The notes below the pieces were generated by a model, which did no database searches, was not told where the DNA came from, and saw nothing but the letters and a program-made list of their open reading frames with translations. Positions 39,170 to 52,350 of a DNA stretch of 64,000 nucleotides are shown here, piece after piece; position 1 is the stretch's first letter, and each line of letters starts with the position of its first letter. The position numbers and the translations under genes were made by a program. This DNA comes from Takakia lepidozioides (lineage: Eukaryota > Plantae > Bryophyta): the NCBI GenBank assembly GCA_030704615.1, contig CM060733.1, positions 72,602,001 through 72,666,000 of the forward strand, given 5' to 3'.

Positions 39170-42100
39170 GTCAGACCATCACTTGGTACATTGAACATAC
39201 TGGCCAAGTCTCAAAGCAAACCAAAATCATTTCGATGGGCAACCATCCGTTGAGCCATTGAATGAATTTTGATTGATCTCATATTAGTTCGGGACCCGTG
39301 AGAGGGTGTAACAAACGTACTGGCAAAGTTTAAAAGCAAACAAAAATCATTTGGATGGGCAACCATCCGTTGACCCATTCAATGAATTCTGTTTGATCTG
39401 CTATTACTCTGGGATCTGTTGGGCTGCGTTTCGCGTGCACATGATTTTTTTTTAATTCTGTTTTTGAACCGTATACGTAATGACGGCATAAGCAACGCGC
39501 GTGCCAAACTTGGGAGTGAAAAAAATTCATTTGGACCCAAAACCACAGTTTGTTCCCTCTTTTGCACTCCAAAACTTGATTTGTCTTCTACTTCATGCAT
39601 TTTTCATAGAGAGTTATGCAATAGTGAGCGAAGATAACACCTTTTTTTTTCATTTTTTTTTGTCCAAATTTTTGCAGGGATGTAGCGGTGCAAAGGTTGA
39701 AGCCACAAAACAAAATTGAGCCCAAAATAAAATCGTTACCTAGCAGAAACCCCCAATCAAAGGCAGTGTAAACCTAATTATTTGCTTGAAATTCATTTAA
39801 ATTCAATTAAATTCTAAATTGGTTGAGGGGTGAGCGCGTCGATGGGGGGGGCAAATGATTTTTTCTTCTGTTGTGTCTCCGCACATGTGTCGCACATATT
39901 CAAGCACCTTCGGACAAAATGTGAGCTTCAACCACATCCGTTCAATGGGTGCAATAGTCGTGCACCCATGACATGATTTCTTTTTCGCAATGAACAATAT
40001 TGGATGACAGGTGAACGCCTCATTGGCCCATTCAACGAATTTCGATTGATCTCATATTACTCTGGGACCTCTCAAATGGTACATTGAACACACTGCCCAA
40101 GTCTCAAAGCGAACAAAAACCATTTGGATGGGCAACCATTCGTTGGCCCATTCAACGAATTTCGATTGATCGCATATTATTCTGGGATTTGTCAGATGGT
40201 ACGTTGAACATACTGGGAAAGCCTCAAATGGAACCAAAATCATTTGGATGGGCAACCATCTGTTGAGCCATTGAATGAATTTCGATTGATCTCATATTTG
40301 TCCAGGACCTGATACATGGTATGTTGAATATAGTGACAAAGTTCGAAAGCAAACAAAAATCATTTGGATGCTCAACCATTCGATTACCCAATGAATGAAA
40401 TTCGTTTCATCTCATATTAGACCGGGACCTGTTACATGGTATGTTGAACGTGCTGGCAAAGTTTGAAAGCAAATAGAAATGATTTGGATGGTCAACCATT
40501 TGATCGCCCATTCAATGAATTTCGTTTCATCTCATATTACACTGGGACCTATTACATGGTATGTTGAACATACTGGCAAAGTTTGAAAGCAAACAAAAAT
40601 CATTTGGATGGTCAACCATTCGATCGCCCTTTGAACGATTCGATCGCCCATTGATCAAGCTCTTTCTATGTGTGCCTTGTCTTTTGAAGCTCTGTTTGTA
40701 GTGTCTCATGCTTCGTAATGCGGTGCTTCTCCATGTCCACTTTCTCCAATGTGTTCATGTTCTCTACCCAGAACAGATCCACACATGTGTACAGAAATCC
40801 TTTAAAAAATAAATGACCATGAAAACTTTTGCAAGCCTCATCCCCAGCTTCAAGTTTGGATGGTCAATTGGTTTTTTAAGGATTTCTGCACACATGTGTG
40901 AATCTGTTTCAGGTGGAGAATATCAACACATTGGAAAAATTAGAGTTGGAGAAGCACCTCATTACGAAGCAAGAGACATTACAGAAGACCTCAGCATGTT
41001 GAACATTTGGATGATGAACCATTTCGTTTGTCACTTGAAGCGCTTCTGGAATGATCACATGTTTGTTGGTGGAAGCTAACGCATCCTCGTTTGTCAATCA
41101 TGTCTCCCCCTAGGCCACATTGATCTCGTACCAAGACCTATTACATGGTATGTTCAACATAGTGGCAAAGTTAAAGCAAACAAAAACCATTTGGATGGTC
41201 AACCATTCGAGAGAGAGGTGAATGATTCGATCGCCCATTGATCAAGCTTCTTTCATGGGTGCCCTGCCTTTTGAAGCTCTTTTTGTAGTGCTTCCTGCTT
41301 CGTAATGTGGTGTTTCTCCATGTCCTCTTTCTAGTGATATTCTTGACCTAGAACAGAGTCACAGATGTGTACATAAATACTTCAAAAACCAAGTGACCAT
41401 CAAAACTTGAAGCCTCATCCCCAACTTCAAATTTTGATGGTCATTTGGGTTTTTAAAGATTCCCATACACATGTGTGGATGTATTCCAAATCGAGAACAT
41501 CACCAGATTGGAAAAAGAAGAGCTGGAGAAGCACCTCATTACGAAGCAAGAGACATTACAGAATACCTCAGCATGTTGAACATTTGGATGATGAACCATT
41601 TCGTTCGTCACTTGAAACGCTTCTGGAATGATCACATGTTTGTTGGTGGAAGCTAACGCGTCCTCGTCTGCCAAACATGTCTCCCCCTAAGCCATATTGA
41701 TTTTTGTTCCGGGACCTGTTACATGGTATGTTGAACATAATGGCAAAGTTAAAGCAAACAAAAACCATTTGGATCGTCAACCATTCGAGAGGGAGGTGAA
41801 TGATTCGATCGCCCATTGATCAAGCTTCTGTCACGGGTGCCCTGCCTTTTGAAGCTCTTTTTGTAGTGTCTCCTGCTTCGTAATGCGGTGCTTCTCCATG
41901 TCCTTTTTTTGGTGACATTCTCGATCTAGAAGAGATCCACAGGTGCATAGAAATCCTAAAAAAAACCAAATAACCATCAAAATTTGAAGCCTTATCCCCG
42001 GACCCCAACTTCAAATTTTGATGGTTATTTGATTTTTTAAGGATTTCTATACACGTCTGGATCTCTTCCAGATCGATAATGTCACCAAATTGGAAAAAAA

Positions 42101-43110
42101 AAAGCTAAAGAAGCACCGCATTACAAAGCATAACACATTACAGAAGACCTCAGCATGTTCAACATTTGGATGATGTCAGATGAACCATTTCGTTCGTCAC
42201 TTGAAGCGCTTTTGGGTAGTTACAGCCTACGGTGGACCAAAATGAGACACACCACGAGTCCCTAAAAGTACGTAAAAGGGGATGTGGTGAATCCTCAACC
42301 ATTGGATTCACGTCAATTTATGATCTCAACCGTCTATTATTGACCATTAAAGACTTTATTTTCAAATCGTGATAGTTTCAGATCACGATAGTTTTTTTTT
42401 CAAATTTGACCTTGATCCACCCCGGGGGTTTACCTTTGGTCTATGTATTTAATGATGTAGTGTTGAGATTTCAAAGAATTATATATGTAAAGGACTTTAC
42501 GAAAATAGTTAGTTTGAAGGCTCAAAATAGTACATAAAGTTTATTTTACTTAATATTTTTGAGTGGATGTTTTCATTCTAGATTCTTTATTCCTCAAAGC
42601 ACATTTGGTCGAGTCCTTTTTTCTAATTCTCTATGAATCAGGCTTTTAAAAAAGTCCATAACGGAATTTATATGGACTATAACAAATCCTTATGGACTTG
42701 TTTAAAAGTCCATAATTTCTAACCATTTGTTTTTTTGGTTATAAGACTTGGAATAGGGGAAATATATGTAGTTGAGAGGTGTCCACCTTCCTACCGGAAG
42801 ACAGTAGCCCTTCTGGGTCAAGTGACACCATAAGTTACGCTTGCTTCGGCAACGCGTCCACTTTTTTTATGTAGTTGAGCCTTCATAACATAGTCTTTTT
42901 TTATTATCAGAATTGTCATTTAGGAGTATGATAATTTACAACTAATCAAGATCCCAAAAAAACAGTACTGTGACAGCATTTTTGGTCCACCGTAGGCTGC
43001 AACTGCCCTTCTGAAATGATCTCATGTTTGTTGGTGGGATGATGAAGGTAACGCGTCCTCGTCTGCCAATCATGCCTCCCCCTAGGCCACATTGATCTCG
43101 TACTAGTCGA
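39170..43110. repeat. Satellite-like array: ~120-bp units plus ~580-bp higher-order units with internal inverted arms
   Basis: AAATCATTTGGATGGNCAACCAT recurs about every 120 bp. CGATCGCCCATTGATCAAGCT occurs at ~40641, 41228 and 41806. Confidence 0.85.
42214..43008. mobile_element. MITE with ~29-bp TIRs and a 4-bp TSD, containing a 5'-truncated SINE (42777-42867)
   Basis: TIRs GGGTAGTTACAGCCTACGGTGGACCAAAA / TTTTGGTCCACCGTAGGCTGCAACTGCCC. Splits the satellite at GCGCTTCT (TSD TTTT/TTCT). The SINE has a 12-bp TSD TATGTAGTTGAG. Confidence 0.85.
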
Positions 43111-43279
43111 AGACTCCCCTAGGCCACATGGGACGGTTCATGTGATGCATTTTCATAAATGCGACGTGATACATTTGTGAAATGATATCACATCAATCGT
43201 TTAATGAGGCCAATGCACATCTTCCACACTATGGCGGAAATGTTCGTCACTTGAAGCCACAAATACAAATAATCCGTGC

Positions 43280-43640
43280 AAACAATCTCAAGAATCATAT
43301 GTACAGCAAGGTGTTTGATACTGCCGATGTTAATGTAGCCGATTTCTATAGGAATCATTTTGCTACTCCCATGCCAACAACACCAGGTCTACTAAGACTG
43401 CCATATTCCAAATTCCGTATCAGCCACCACGGACATGAAACCAGGAACTGAGCACCAAATCTCCAATTCATTCTATTTATGGTGGGCCATGGCTGATACT
43501 TTCGTTTGAACATGACAGTCTCAAAGGACCTGATGTTGTTGGCATGGGAATAGCAAAAGACTACTACAAAATTCAGCTAGAGGAACAACAATAGCATCAA
43601 ACACCTTCTAGTAAATATGATTGTTGACATTGGTTGTGAC
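43280..43640. repeat. Imperfect long inverted repeat (hairpin 1)
   Basis: TTTTGCTACTCCCATGCCAACAACACCAGGTC pairs with GACCTGATGTTGTTGGCATGGGAATAGCAAAA; arms ~150 bp. Confidence 0.75.
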
Positions 43641-43704
43641 AGCTCCAATCAATAGAGAACTCGCACCATCAGTTGCGCTCTAGCAGTAGTACCGGTCCCC
43701 CGAG

Positions 43705-44255
43705 TAAATAAAGTTCCGTTGTAAATACTAAATTGCATATGCTCGAGCCTCACAGATGTCATTTCAACAAAATCGGTCGTGTACTGTGTCACTGTTTGTA
43801 TATTCCAATGTTTCAATGTTTCTGACAGGTAATGAAAAAATGATATATTGGTTCCGTAGGAGTTAGACAACAAACGTTCCATATCTCATTCAAATGTCGA
43901 TACTACCATGAGAGGCATGGATCCAAAAGTAATAGGTGTACATGCGACCTCCGGACGTTCAAGTAGACCATTCGCTGGACCTAGTATCGAACGTTCGGAC
44001 TTCGGAGGTTGCATGTGTACCTATTACTTTCCGATCCATGTCTCTCATGATAGTGTCGCACATTTGAATGACATGTGGAACGTTTGTTGTCTAACTCCTA
44101 CGGAACCAATACATCGTTTTCTCATAACCTTATCAGAAACATTGGAACATTACAAATATAAACAGTGAGACAATACACAAACCATTTATGTTGCAATGAC
44201 AGGTGCGAGGGTCGAGCATATGCAATGTAGTATTTACAATGGGATTTTATTTATT
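43705..44255. repeat. Long inverted repeat (hairpin 2), arms ~250 bp
   Basis: Perfect core TTGGTTCCGTAGGAGTTAGACAACAAACGTTCCA and its reverse complement; loop around 43955-44000. Confidence 0.9.
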
Positions 44256-46714
44256 ACATGCATGATCAAAATTGAGTTATGTCTTCACAAATGAACCATT
44301 GTACGACCGCAAATCTAATATCTATGAGACTATGGTCTACTCCGTCCTATATACGTCTCGAGGCTCAGGCCAATATAATGGTTTGCCCAGGAACCAACGT
44401 ACTACGTGGTCTAATGTGACTCTCTCCTTCTTGTTGTCGTCATACAACCTTCATAGGATTGAATCCCAACAACCTCCCGTAGATTGGTCCTCGAACATAC
44501 TGTCAAGTTATTTTACCATTGGTGTGAAGTTAGCTAGGAAATAGCTACCTTTTATATTATTGACATTTGGGATTGACCCAAGTATCAATCCAGGGGCCAA
44601 TACATGTTTGGGCACCTGGCGTTGTTATCTTCACGGCAGATCGCGGTGGGCTCATCTTTCTCGAGTTGAGCCTCACCTCGTCTAGCTATGGCGCCGTAGT
44701 GTGGATTCCCCATGGCGTGGGGTGCACTTGGCTCGACTTAATATATGAGTGATGTTTTCATGTGCAAGCATGTGAGTTTGAGAGAGCTTGTATGCTTGTA
44801 TCATTCATTTTCCTTATCACTCGAGAAAGATGATCAGCTCGAGTCTGTGAGTGCCAGGTTCGAGTTGTTTTATAGCACTCGTGTTTTCATGAGAAGCGGT
44901 TTAGCCTAGAGTGCAGGGATCCGTGCATGAGCCTATCCAAAGCGGATAGAGTGCAAAGGCGAACAGGTTGCAGGTTTGCAATGGATAGAGAGGCGGGTAG
45001 CCTATGTTGAAGAGCGGCGTTGCATAGCTCAACGCTATGACAACCAAGTTTGGGCTTCTAGTGTGAAGCGGAGAAGATGTTGGCCACAAGTGGACGAACT
45101 GGTGGTCGTCTTCTTCAGCTGCAGGCCAAGTTAAGGAGCTGCAGAAATGTGGGCTGCGCATGGGAAGCTAGCATGTTGCAGGTTGGAGATGATATGATCA
45201 GCTCCAGGTATTTCTGCCCGAAACTAGTTGTTGCGGGTAGATGAGGAGCAGCCGAATGGTGGAGCTGCGAGGGGATGCATCGCAGCCCGTTGGGAGCTTC
45301 AGCTCCAAGCTCATGAAGAGGTATGAGTGAAGAGAGGGGACTGGTCCCTCTTGTGTGCAAATCAGTGCACTTGTGAAGCATGTGCTGAGTTGGAGTTTCA
45401 ATCTGAAACTCAGTAGTGTAAGGGCTCTTGGAGTGGCAAGAGCGGGGCTGGAAGGGCAGCAACGAGGCGCCCTAGAGCCAGGGGATATGCATGAGAAGTG
45501 CAGGTGCACCAAGTTTGTAAAGGTGTGTATTTTCAGATTCGTTTTTGTGAGCTTCATGAAGAAATGGAGCTTGTTGGGCAGCATATAGCTTGCTTGTTGA
45601 GTTGGAGGCACTTCTAGTGAGCTGTGAGAGCTCAGGAGTGCAGGGCGACGGGGCTGATGGCTCCGCAGAAGCCATAGCTCGTCGGCAGCATGTGCTGGAG
45701 CAAGCCCCAGCTCGGGAAGAGCTCGGGAACGCGTGGGAACGCCCGGGAATTCATGGGAACTCGTTGGGAGTTCTAGGGAACACAGGGAATAGTGGCCGTG
45801 ATGGGCCGTTGGGGCGGTATCACGAGATACCACGAGCCCAGGTCGTGATGGTTGACCATGACCGTTGACCGTGACCATTGGAAGTTGTGGTGCGGACACA
45901 ACGGGTGGGCACGGTGACCAGATCGTGGGGATGGCGGGCCGTGAAGGCTTGTGGGCGTGGTACCACGGGGTATCACGAGGCAGCCCGTGGCCAACGAGCG
46001 CCTAGGGCGGGCCATGAGGAGTCGTGGCGGTTGGAGCCACAGAAGGCCGCGAATAGTATATATATTCACTCGTTTCGTGGGACCTTGATGGGGAGGCTGG
46101 GCTCTGAAGAACAACGGTTTTGAGCTAGCTGATCCTGCAGAAAAGTCGGAATTGCCTCCCTGTTGCGTTTTAACAAAGGGGATTACTTCCCTGTAGGTAA
46201 TCTTTTCGGGTTTTCAGCCCAATTCTTAACTATGGGGAAGACCAGCCTGCAGGTAATTCATTTGGACAGAATGTTGTTGGGGCCTATATGTACCTCTATT
46301 TGCTCCATTTTTATGGATCCACCGTTTGTCCATGTCCTCCGTCCACTTATCCCCAGTCAAAGCGTCCATCATTTTCCTCTCCATATTCTGCGGAAAAAAA
46401 ACAAAACCCGTCCCAACCATGCTTGACATAAGGCCTCATCATGTCCCCTACCCCTGAAATAATTAACTACCACTTCTTTCACCCTATCCAAGGCCTCCGG
46501 TCTCGGGTAGTCTAACTTGTTGATCTGGCTATCCCGCTCGTGGGCTTTTTTTCTCTTCCACCGACCCCAGACGACGACCCGCCCCAGAACTTAAGTTCCA
46601 CGCCTGCCGCCATTGGCGAGGTCGCGGGTTCAAACCCGCTGCCCCCGTCCTATTTGTTTTTTGTTTTCTTGATTAGTGGCGCCGAGACGCCGTTTGATGC
46701 TTTAAAAAACAAAA

Positions 46715-47610
46715 AAAGCGACCCACCGTGTATTTCTTAAGAAAAAAAACCACGCAACCCGCGCATGGCGGTTGCTATATTTTATTTATATAAAAAATTA
46801 AAATAATAACAATAATAATAATAAACCGCCATATGGCAGTCGCTGCATTTTTTTAGATATATAAAAGAAGCGACCACCAAACTGCGGTCGCTTTATTTAA
46901 TTTAAAAAAAAACAAATAAGCGACTGTCATTTGGCGGTCGCGTAATATTTTAAATATACAAAAAGCAGCGACCGCCGTTTCATTTCTTAAAAAACCCAAA
47001 TTAGGGAAAAACAGCGACCGCCAGACAGCAATCGCCTAATTTTTATTTTTATTTTAAAAAAAACGAGCGACCTCCCTTGTGGCGGTCGCTTCATTTCTTA
47101 CAAAAACCTAAATCCGGGAAAAAGAGCGACCGCCCGCTTGGCAGTCACTTCATTTCTTAAAACAAATTGGGGAAAAAGAGCGACCGCCACATGGTGGTTG
47201 CTAAATTGTTTAAAAAACAAAAAAGAGCAACCACCAATTTCCTAAAAATACCCAAATTAGGAATAAAGAGCGACTGCCACACGGCGGTCGCTAATGTTTT
47301 TTTTTTTTAAAGAGCGACCGCCCTTCTGGCGGTCGCTTCATTTCATAAAAAATAATTAGGGAATAACAACGACCGCCACACGGCAATCGCTCAATTTTCT
47401 AAAAACTAAAAATGAGCGACCGCTGGATGGCGGTCGCTACATTAAAATTTAAAAAAAAAAACACTGACCGCCACTGGTGAAAAAATCAAACAAATTAGAG
47501 GAGACCGCCAGTGACGCTTCATTTAAAAATATATATAGAATCGACCGCCAATGGCGGTCGTTTAAAAAATAATAAATTGCAAGCGACCGCCAATATGGGC
47601 GGCCGCATTT
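46715..47610. repeat. AGCGACCGCCA/TGGCGGTCGCT inverted-motif array 3
   Basis: Same motif and spacing as arrays 1 and 2. Confidence 0.9.
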
Positions 47611-48479
47611 TTTTTAAAGGAATTACTAAATATTAATAAGTATCCACGTGTGTTTTATACCGTGGCTGCCATGTCATTAGAGAGGGTAGAAGTAAATCGT
47701 AAAAGTCAAATGTAAAAAAAATTACATGGATAAACGTCCAGTGTCGACGTGATGTGACGCACGTCGGACGTGACGGCCGATGTGACATCCAACGTGTTGG
47801 CGCCACATCACGTCAGGAATGATATCTAGGGCTGCGGAGGCAGCTGGTCAATTACAAAATAATAATGACCCCACCAGATGTGTCTTTCAAAGCGTACGTG
47901 CGGAAGTGGAAGACAACTGCCTGGAGCAATTGCTGCTTCAGGGAGTTTGCCAAAGAAGGTATTATATCACGTACCAAAGACTTCGAGCAGCAGCACGACA
48001 CAGAGCCGGCGATGAAGAGAATTTTATACAGGTCCTCCTTTTATACTTTCATCCGCTGACGTTTTCTTCACTTTTTCTATACTTCATATTGGTCTTGGTT
48101 TTGGCCCTTGGTATGGGGGATGGACCCCTCCAGATCTGAGTGCGTTGACGCACTCAGTTTTGAAGGGCCAAAACCCTCTCCCACTTTCCCACGAAACTGA
48201 GGAAGGAAGTGGAGGACGGGGTTGTCTTGTACTCCTCTTGTACTTTTCCTAGTATGGAGGATGGACCCCTCCAGATCTGAGTGTGTTGACGCACTCAGTT
48301 TGGGAGGGCCACAAACCCTCTCCCACTTTCCCACGAAAGTCAGGAAGGAAGTGGAGAACGGGGTTGTCTTCTGGTTTTCCAGGTCTGTGGGATGGACACC
48401 TCCAGATCTGAGTGCGCCGTTGACGCACTCAGTTTTGGAGGACGGGGGGAGGTGATGGGACCCCCATGATGTCGTATTT

Positions 48480-48722
48480 ACGTAGCGACGGGTAGGGCGA
48501 GCAGGCATAGGTATCGCCACAATGCGACCCCCAAGCAGGTGGAGGTACCTAGCGACGGGTATGGCGGGGGGCGGTGGTATCGCCACGATGTGTCCTCCGG
48601 GGGGGCACATTTACTCAGCGACGGGTTTGGCGGCGGGCATGGGTATCGCCACTATGCGCCCCCCAGGGGGTCGGAGTTACGTAGCGACGGGTATGGCGGG
48701 GGGAGGGGGTATCGCCACTATG
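48480..48722. repeat. ~65-bp tandem repeats with TAGCGACGGG/TATCGCCAC, CACTA-subterminal-like
   Basis: Four units; the GCGAC core is shared with 27560-27998. No CACTA TIR seen next to it. Confidence 0.6.
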
Positions 48723-50149
48723 GAGCCTGCAATTACAATGGGTTCTGTGAGGCCCTTGGCCAATCTTTTCAAGTCATGTACACAAACCAAATAAAGACAA
48801 CAAAAACAAAAAGAATGTAGTAGGCAATACAACAAAATGGAGAGAGAGATACTGGCCTCATGATGCTCCGAGGCAATGGTATCCCTGGGCCTGAGTGCGG
48901 GCAACTCAGGCACCTCGAGTTCAGGTGCCAAAAGTTGTCCCATTGATGGCAATGGAACCCCCATTGCCGCCAAGGATGCCATGAGTTGTGCTTGCTCTTT
49001 AGGAGAGGCTTGACCCCAACTGCCACTAGCTAGAGTCACACCAGCGAGCTGGCCAAATGCGAGGCCCTTCCTGGCCGAGGAAACCAATGGAGGTATCATG
49101 GACAAGAGAGGGAGAGGCGCCTTGGGTACCATGAGATGCATCATGCCATGAAGAACTCCCCAATCTTTCAACAGGAGCATCATTTGGGCCAAGCGGCCTA
49201 GCTACCTCCCCACGTATGGGACCCCTCTCCACCCTCTCTCTCTCTTATGCATTGATCAGCAAATCCCGTTGACGTGTCATAACCCTCCTAACCTCGGTGG
49301 TTGGAGAAGCACCGGGAGCAATATCCAATTGGCCCATCCTAGGACCATCTTGAAAAATCCTTATATTACCCGTATACAATGCTTCTAACAAAGGAGAGAG
49401 GGTAGCGCTAGATACTGCAGGCCCAATGGAGGACTCATCAATAGTACCAGTAGTATCCGACATAGGAGCCACTTCAACTACAACACCTTGGCCCAAGAGG
49501 GGGGCATCATCATCAACACGGTGCTCGGGGGGGGGGGGCACTGGTACTCTCGGGCTCATGAAATGAAGGAGCAAGCACAGGAGGAGGGGAAGGTCGGGGC
49601 GTCAAACCAGATTTCTTTCGTGTACTTGAACGATACGGGTTTGCTTCTGGTTTTTTTCCTTTTCTTTGTAGCTGGGGTCTTCTCCGAATCCTTGGCCATG
49701 TCTGAAATGAACTACAACAAATGAATTCAAAGAAAATATCCTAAAAAGCATAATGAAGAATGTAGAGTATTACATAGATTTTTATAGAGCAAAAAAGAAT
49801 TATACACTAGAAAAGACACTACAATATATCAACATCAAATAAACAAATAATTAATTAAAAAACTACACCAAATACAGACCATGGGACATACAAGTAGAAA
49901 TACAAAAAGTAGGAAAACACAATAATGCAGCCGTTAGCTTCGTAGTCTTCTCTCACGAGCCCTGAATCACAAAACACAGAGGCAGAGGCAGGGAGTACCA
50001 GACCCGAGCAAGAGGACGGTAGATGCCAGCGACCAGAGAACCAGCCAACGTCCGTGGGGCAAGGGGGCGAGACAGGGAGGTCAGTCACTACATGCACCAC
50101 AGCGCGCCAGCTCCCCATTCCTGCGAATGTGAGGTAGGTTGTGAGAGAC

Positions 50150-51548
50150 ACAGATGGAGAGGGTGCCTGCATCACCCAAAATCAGAAGAAAAAAAAGCCC
50201 ATATGGGTTGGGGTGCCTGCATGCACCAGCGCGGCCAGCCCCCCCGTTGCTACAAATTGCCTGATAGAGATGGTGAGGGAGAGAGAGAGGGTGTCTGCAT
50301 CACCCAATTTTTTTAAAAAAAAACCCATGTGGGCTGGGGTGCGTGCGCGCACCAGCGCAGCCAGCCCCCCTGTTGTGGCAAATTGCTGCACAGAGATGGT
50401 GAGGGAGAGAGAGAGGGTGCCTGCATCACCCAAAATAAAATAAAATAAAAACCCATGTGGGCTGGGGTGCCTGCGCGCACCAGCGCGGCCAGCCCCCCGT
50501 TGCTGCGAATTGCTGCACAGAGATGGTGAGGGAGAGAGAGAGGGTGCCTGCATCACCGAAAATAAATAAATTAAAAAAAAAAACCCAGGTGGGTTGGGGT
50601 GCCTGCGCGCACCAGTTCGGCCAGCTTCCCCCCCCCCCCTTGCTGCGAATTGCTTGACAGAGGTGGTGAGGGAGAGAGAGAGGGTATCTGCATCATCCAA
50701 AATCAAAAAACAAAAAAGGTCATGTGGGCTGGGGTGGCTGCAAATTGCCCCTACGTTGCTACGAATTGCTGCACAGAGATAGTGAGGGAGAGAGAGAGGG
50801 TGCTTGCATCATCCAAAATCAAAATAAAAAAAAAAACCCATGTGGGCTGGGGTGGCTGTGCCAGCCCCCCTATTGCTGCAAATTGCTGCACAGAGGTGGT
50901 GAGGGAGAAAGAGAGGGTGCCTGCATCACCCAAACTCAAAAAAAACAAAAATCCCATGTGGGCTGGGGTGGTTGCGCCAGGCAGGTTTCACACACCAGAC
51001 AGCAGTTGAAGTCCGAGCAGCAATAGGGAAGGTGGCTCCACAGAGAAGCCAATCAAAGAACAGTTACCTCATTTTGTAAGTCTCTGTCTCTCTCTGTCTT
51101 TCTAGCTGGGTCAATGGCCACAAGGCACAAACAATGTCCTGTTGCTCCCAATTGTTGCACAGAGGTGGTGAGGGGGAGAGAGAGGGTGCCTGCATCACCC
51201 AAAATAACAAATAAAAAAACCCATGTGGGCTGGGGTAGCTGCGCCAGCCCCCCTGTTGCTGCCAATTGTTGCACAGAGGTGGTGAGGGAGAGAGAGAGGG
51301 TGCTTGCATCACCCAAAATCAAAAAATAAAAACTCGTGTGGGCTGGGGTGGCTGCGCCAGCCCCCTTGTTGCTGCCAATTGCTGCATAGAGGTGGTGAGG
51401 GAGAGAGAGAGGGTGCCTGCATCACCCAAAAAAAAAAAAAAAAAAACCGTGTGTGCTAGGGTGGCTGCGAATTGCCCCCCCCCCGTTGCTACGAATTGCT
51501 TGACATAGGTGGTGAGGGAGAGAGAGAGGGTGCTTGCATCACCCAAAA

Positions 51549-51609
<61 letters not shown>

Positions 51610-52350
51610 GGCTGGGGTGGCTGCGCTAGCCCCCCTGTTGCTGCGAATTGCAGCGCAAAGGTGGTGAGGGAGAGAGAGAGAGGGTGCCTGCATCACCCAA
51701 AATAAAATAAAATAAAAAAACCCATGTGGGCTGGGGTGGCTGCGCCAACCCCCCTGTTGTTGTGAATTGCTGCACAGAGGTGGTGAGGGAGAGAGAGAGG
51801 GTGTCTGCATCACCCAAAATCCAAAAAAAAAACCTATGTGGGCTGGGGTGCCTGCTCGGCCAGCCCCCCCCCCCCCCCGTTGCTGCAAATTGCTTAACAG
51901 AGAGCTAGGGTGATAGAGAGAGGGTGCCTGCCATCACCCCAATTTATTAAAAAAAATAAAAAAAATCCAAGTGGGCTGGTGGGGCTGCGCGCATCAATGT
52001 GGCCAACCCCCCCCCCCCCCCCCCCCCCTTTTGCTGCAAATTGCTTGACAGAGAGCATGCGTGATAGAGAGGGTGTCTGCCATCACTCAAATTTGAAAAA
52101 AAGAAAAGCTCATGTGGGCTGGTGTGGCTGCGCACACCGATGCGGCCAGCCCCCCATTGCTGCGAATTGCTTGACAAAGAGCATGTGTGATAGAGAGGGT
52201 GCCTGCCATCACCCAAATTTGAAAAAAAAAAAAAAAAAACCCAAGTGGGCTGGTGTGGCTGCGCGCACCAATGCGGCCAGCTCCCCGTTGCTGCGAATTG
52301 CCTGACAGAAAGGTAGTGTGAGAGAATGAGAGGGTGTCATCACCCAAATT
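50150..52350. repeat. ~120-bp minisatellite array with an embedded (TA)n at 51554-51606
   Basis: Unit GAGGGAGAGAGAGAGGGTGCCTGCATCACCCAAAA..CCCATGTGGGCTGGGGTG..GTTGCTGCGAATTGC repeated more than 15 times. Confidence 0.92.

Noticed and set aside
44520-46175. Possible solo LTR (GC-rich, TATATA at ~46057, ends TTTTAACA)
   Set aside because: No matching start, TSD or second copy in the window.
46618-46645. T-arm-like GCGGGTTCAAACCCGC
   Set aside because: Isolated B-box hairpin with no convincing D-arm or acceptor stem.
50141-52305. Many overlapping ORFs with repeated CCTEVVRERERV peptides
   Set aside because: Translation artefacts of the minisatellite.
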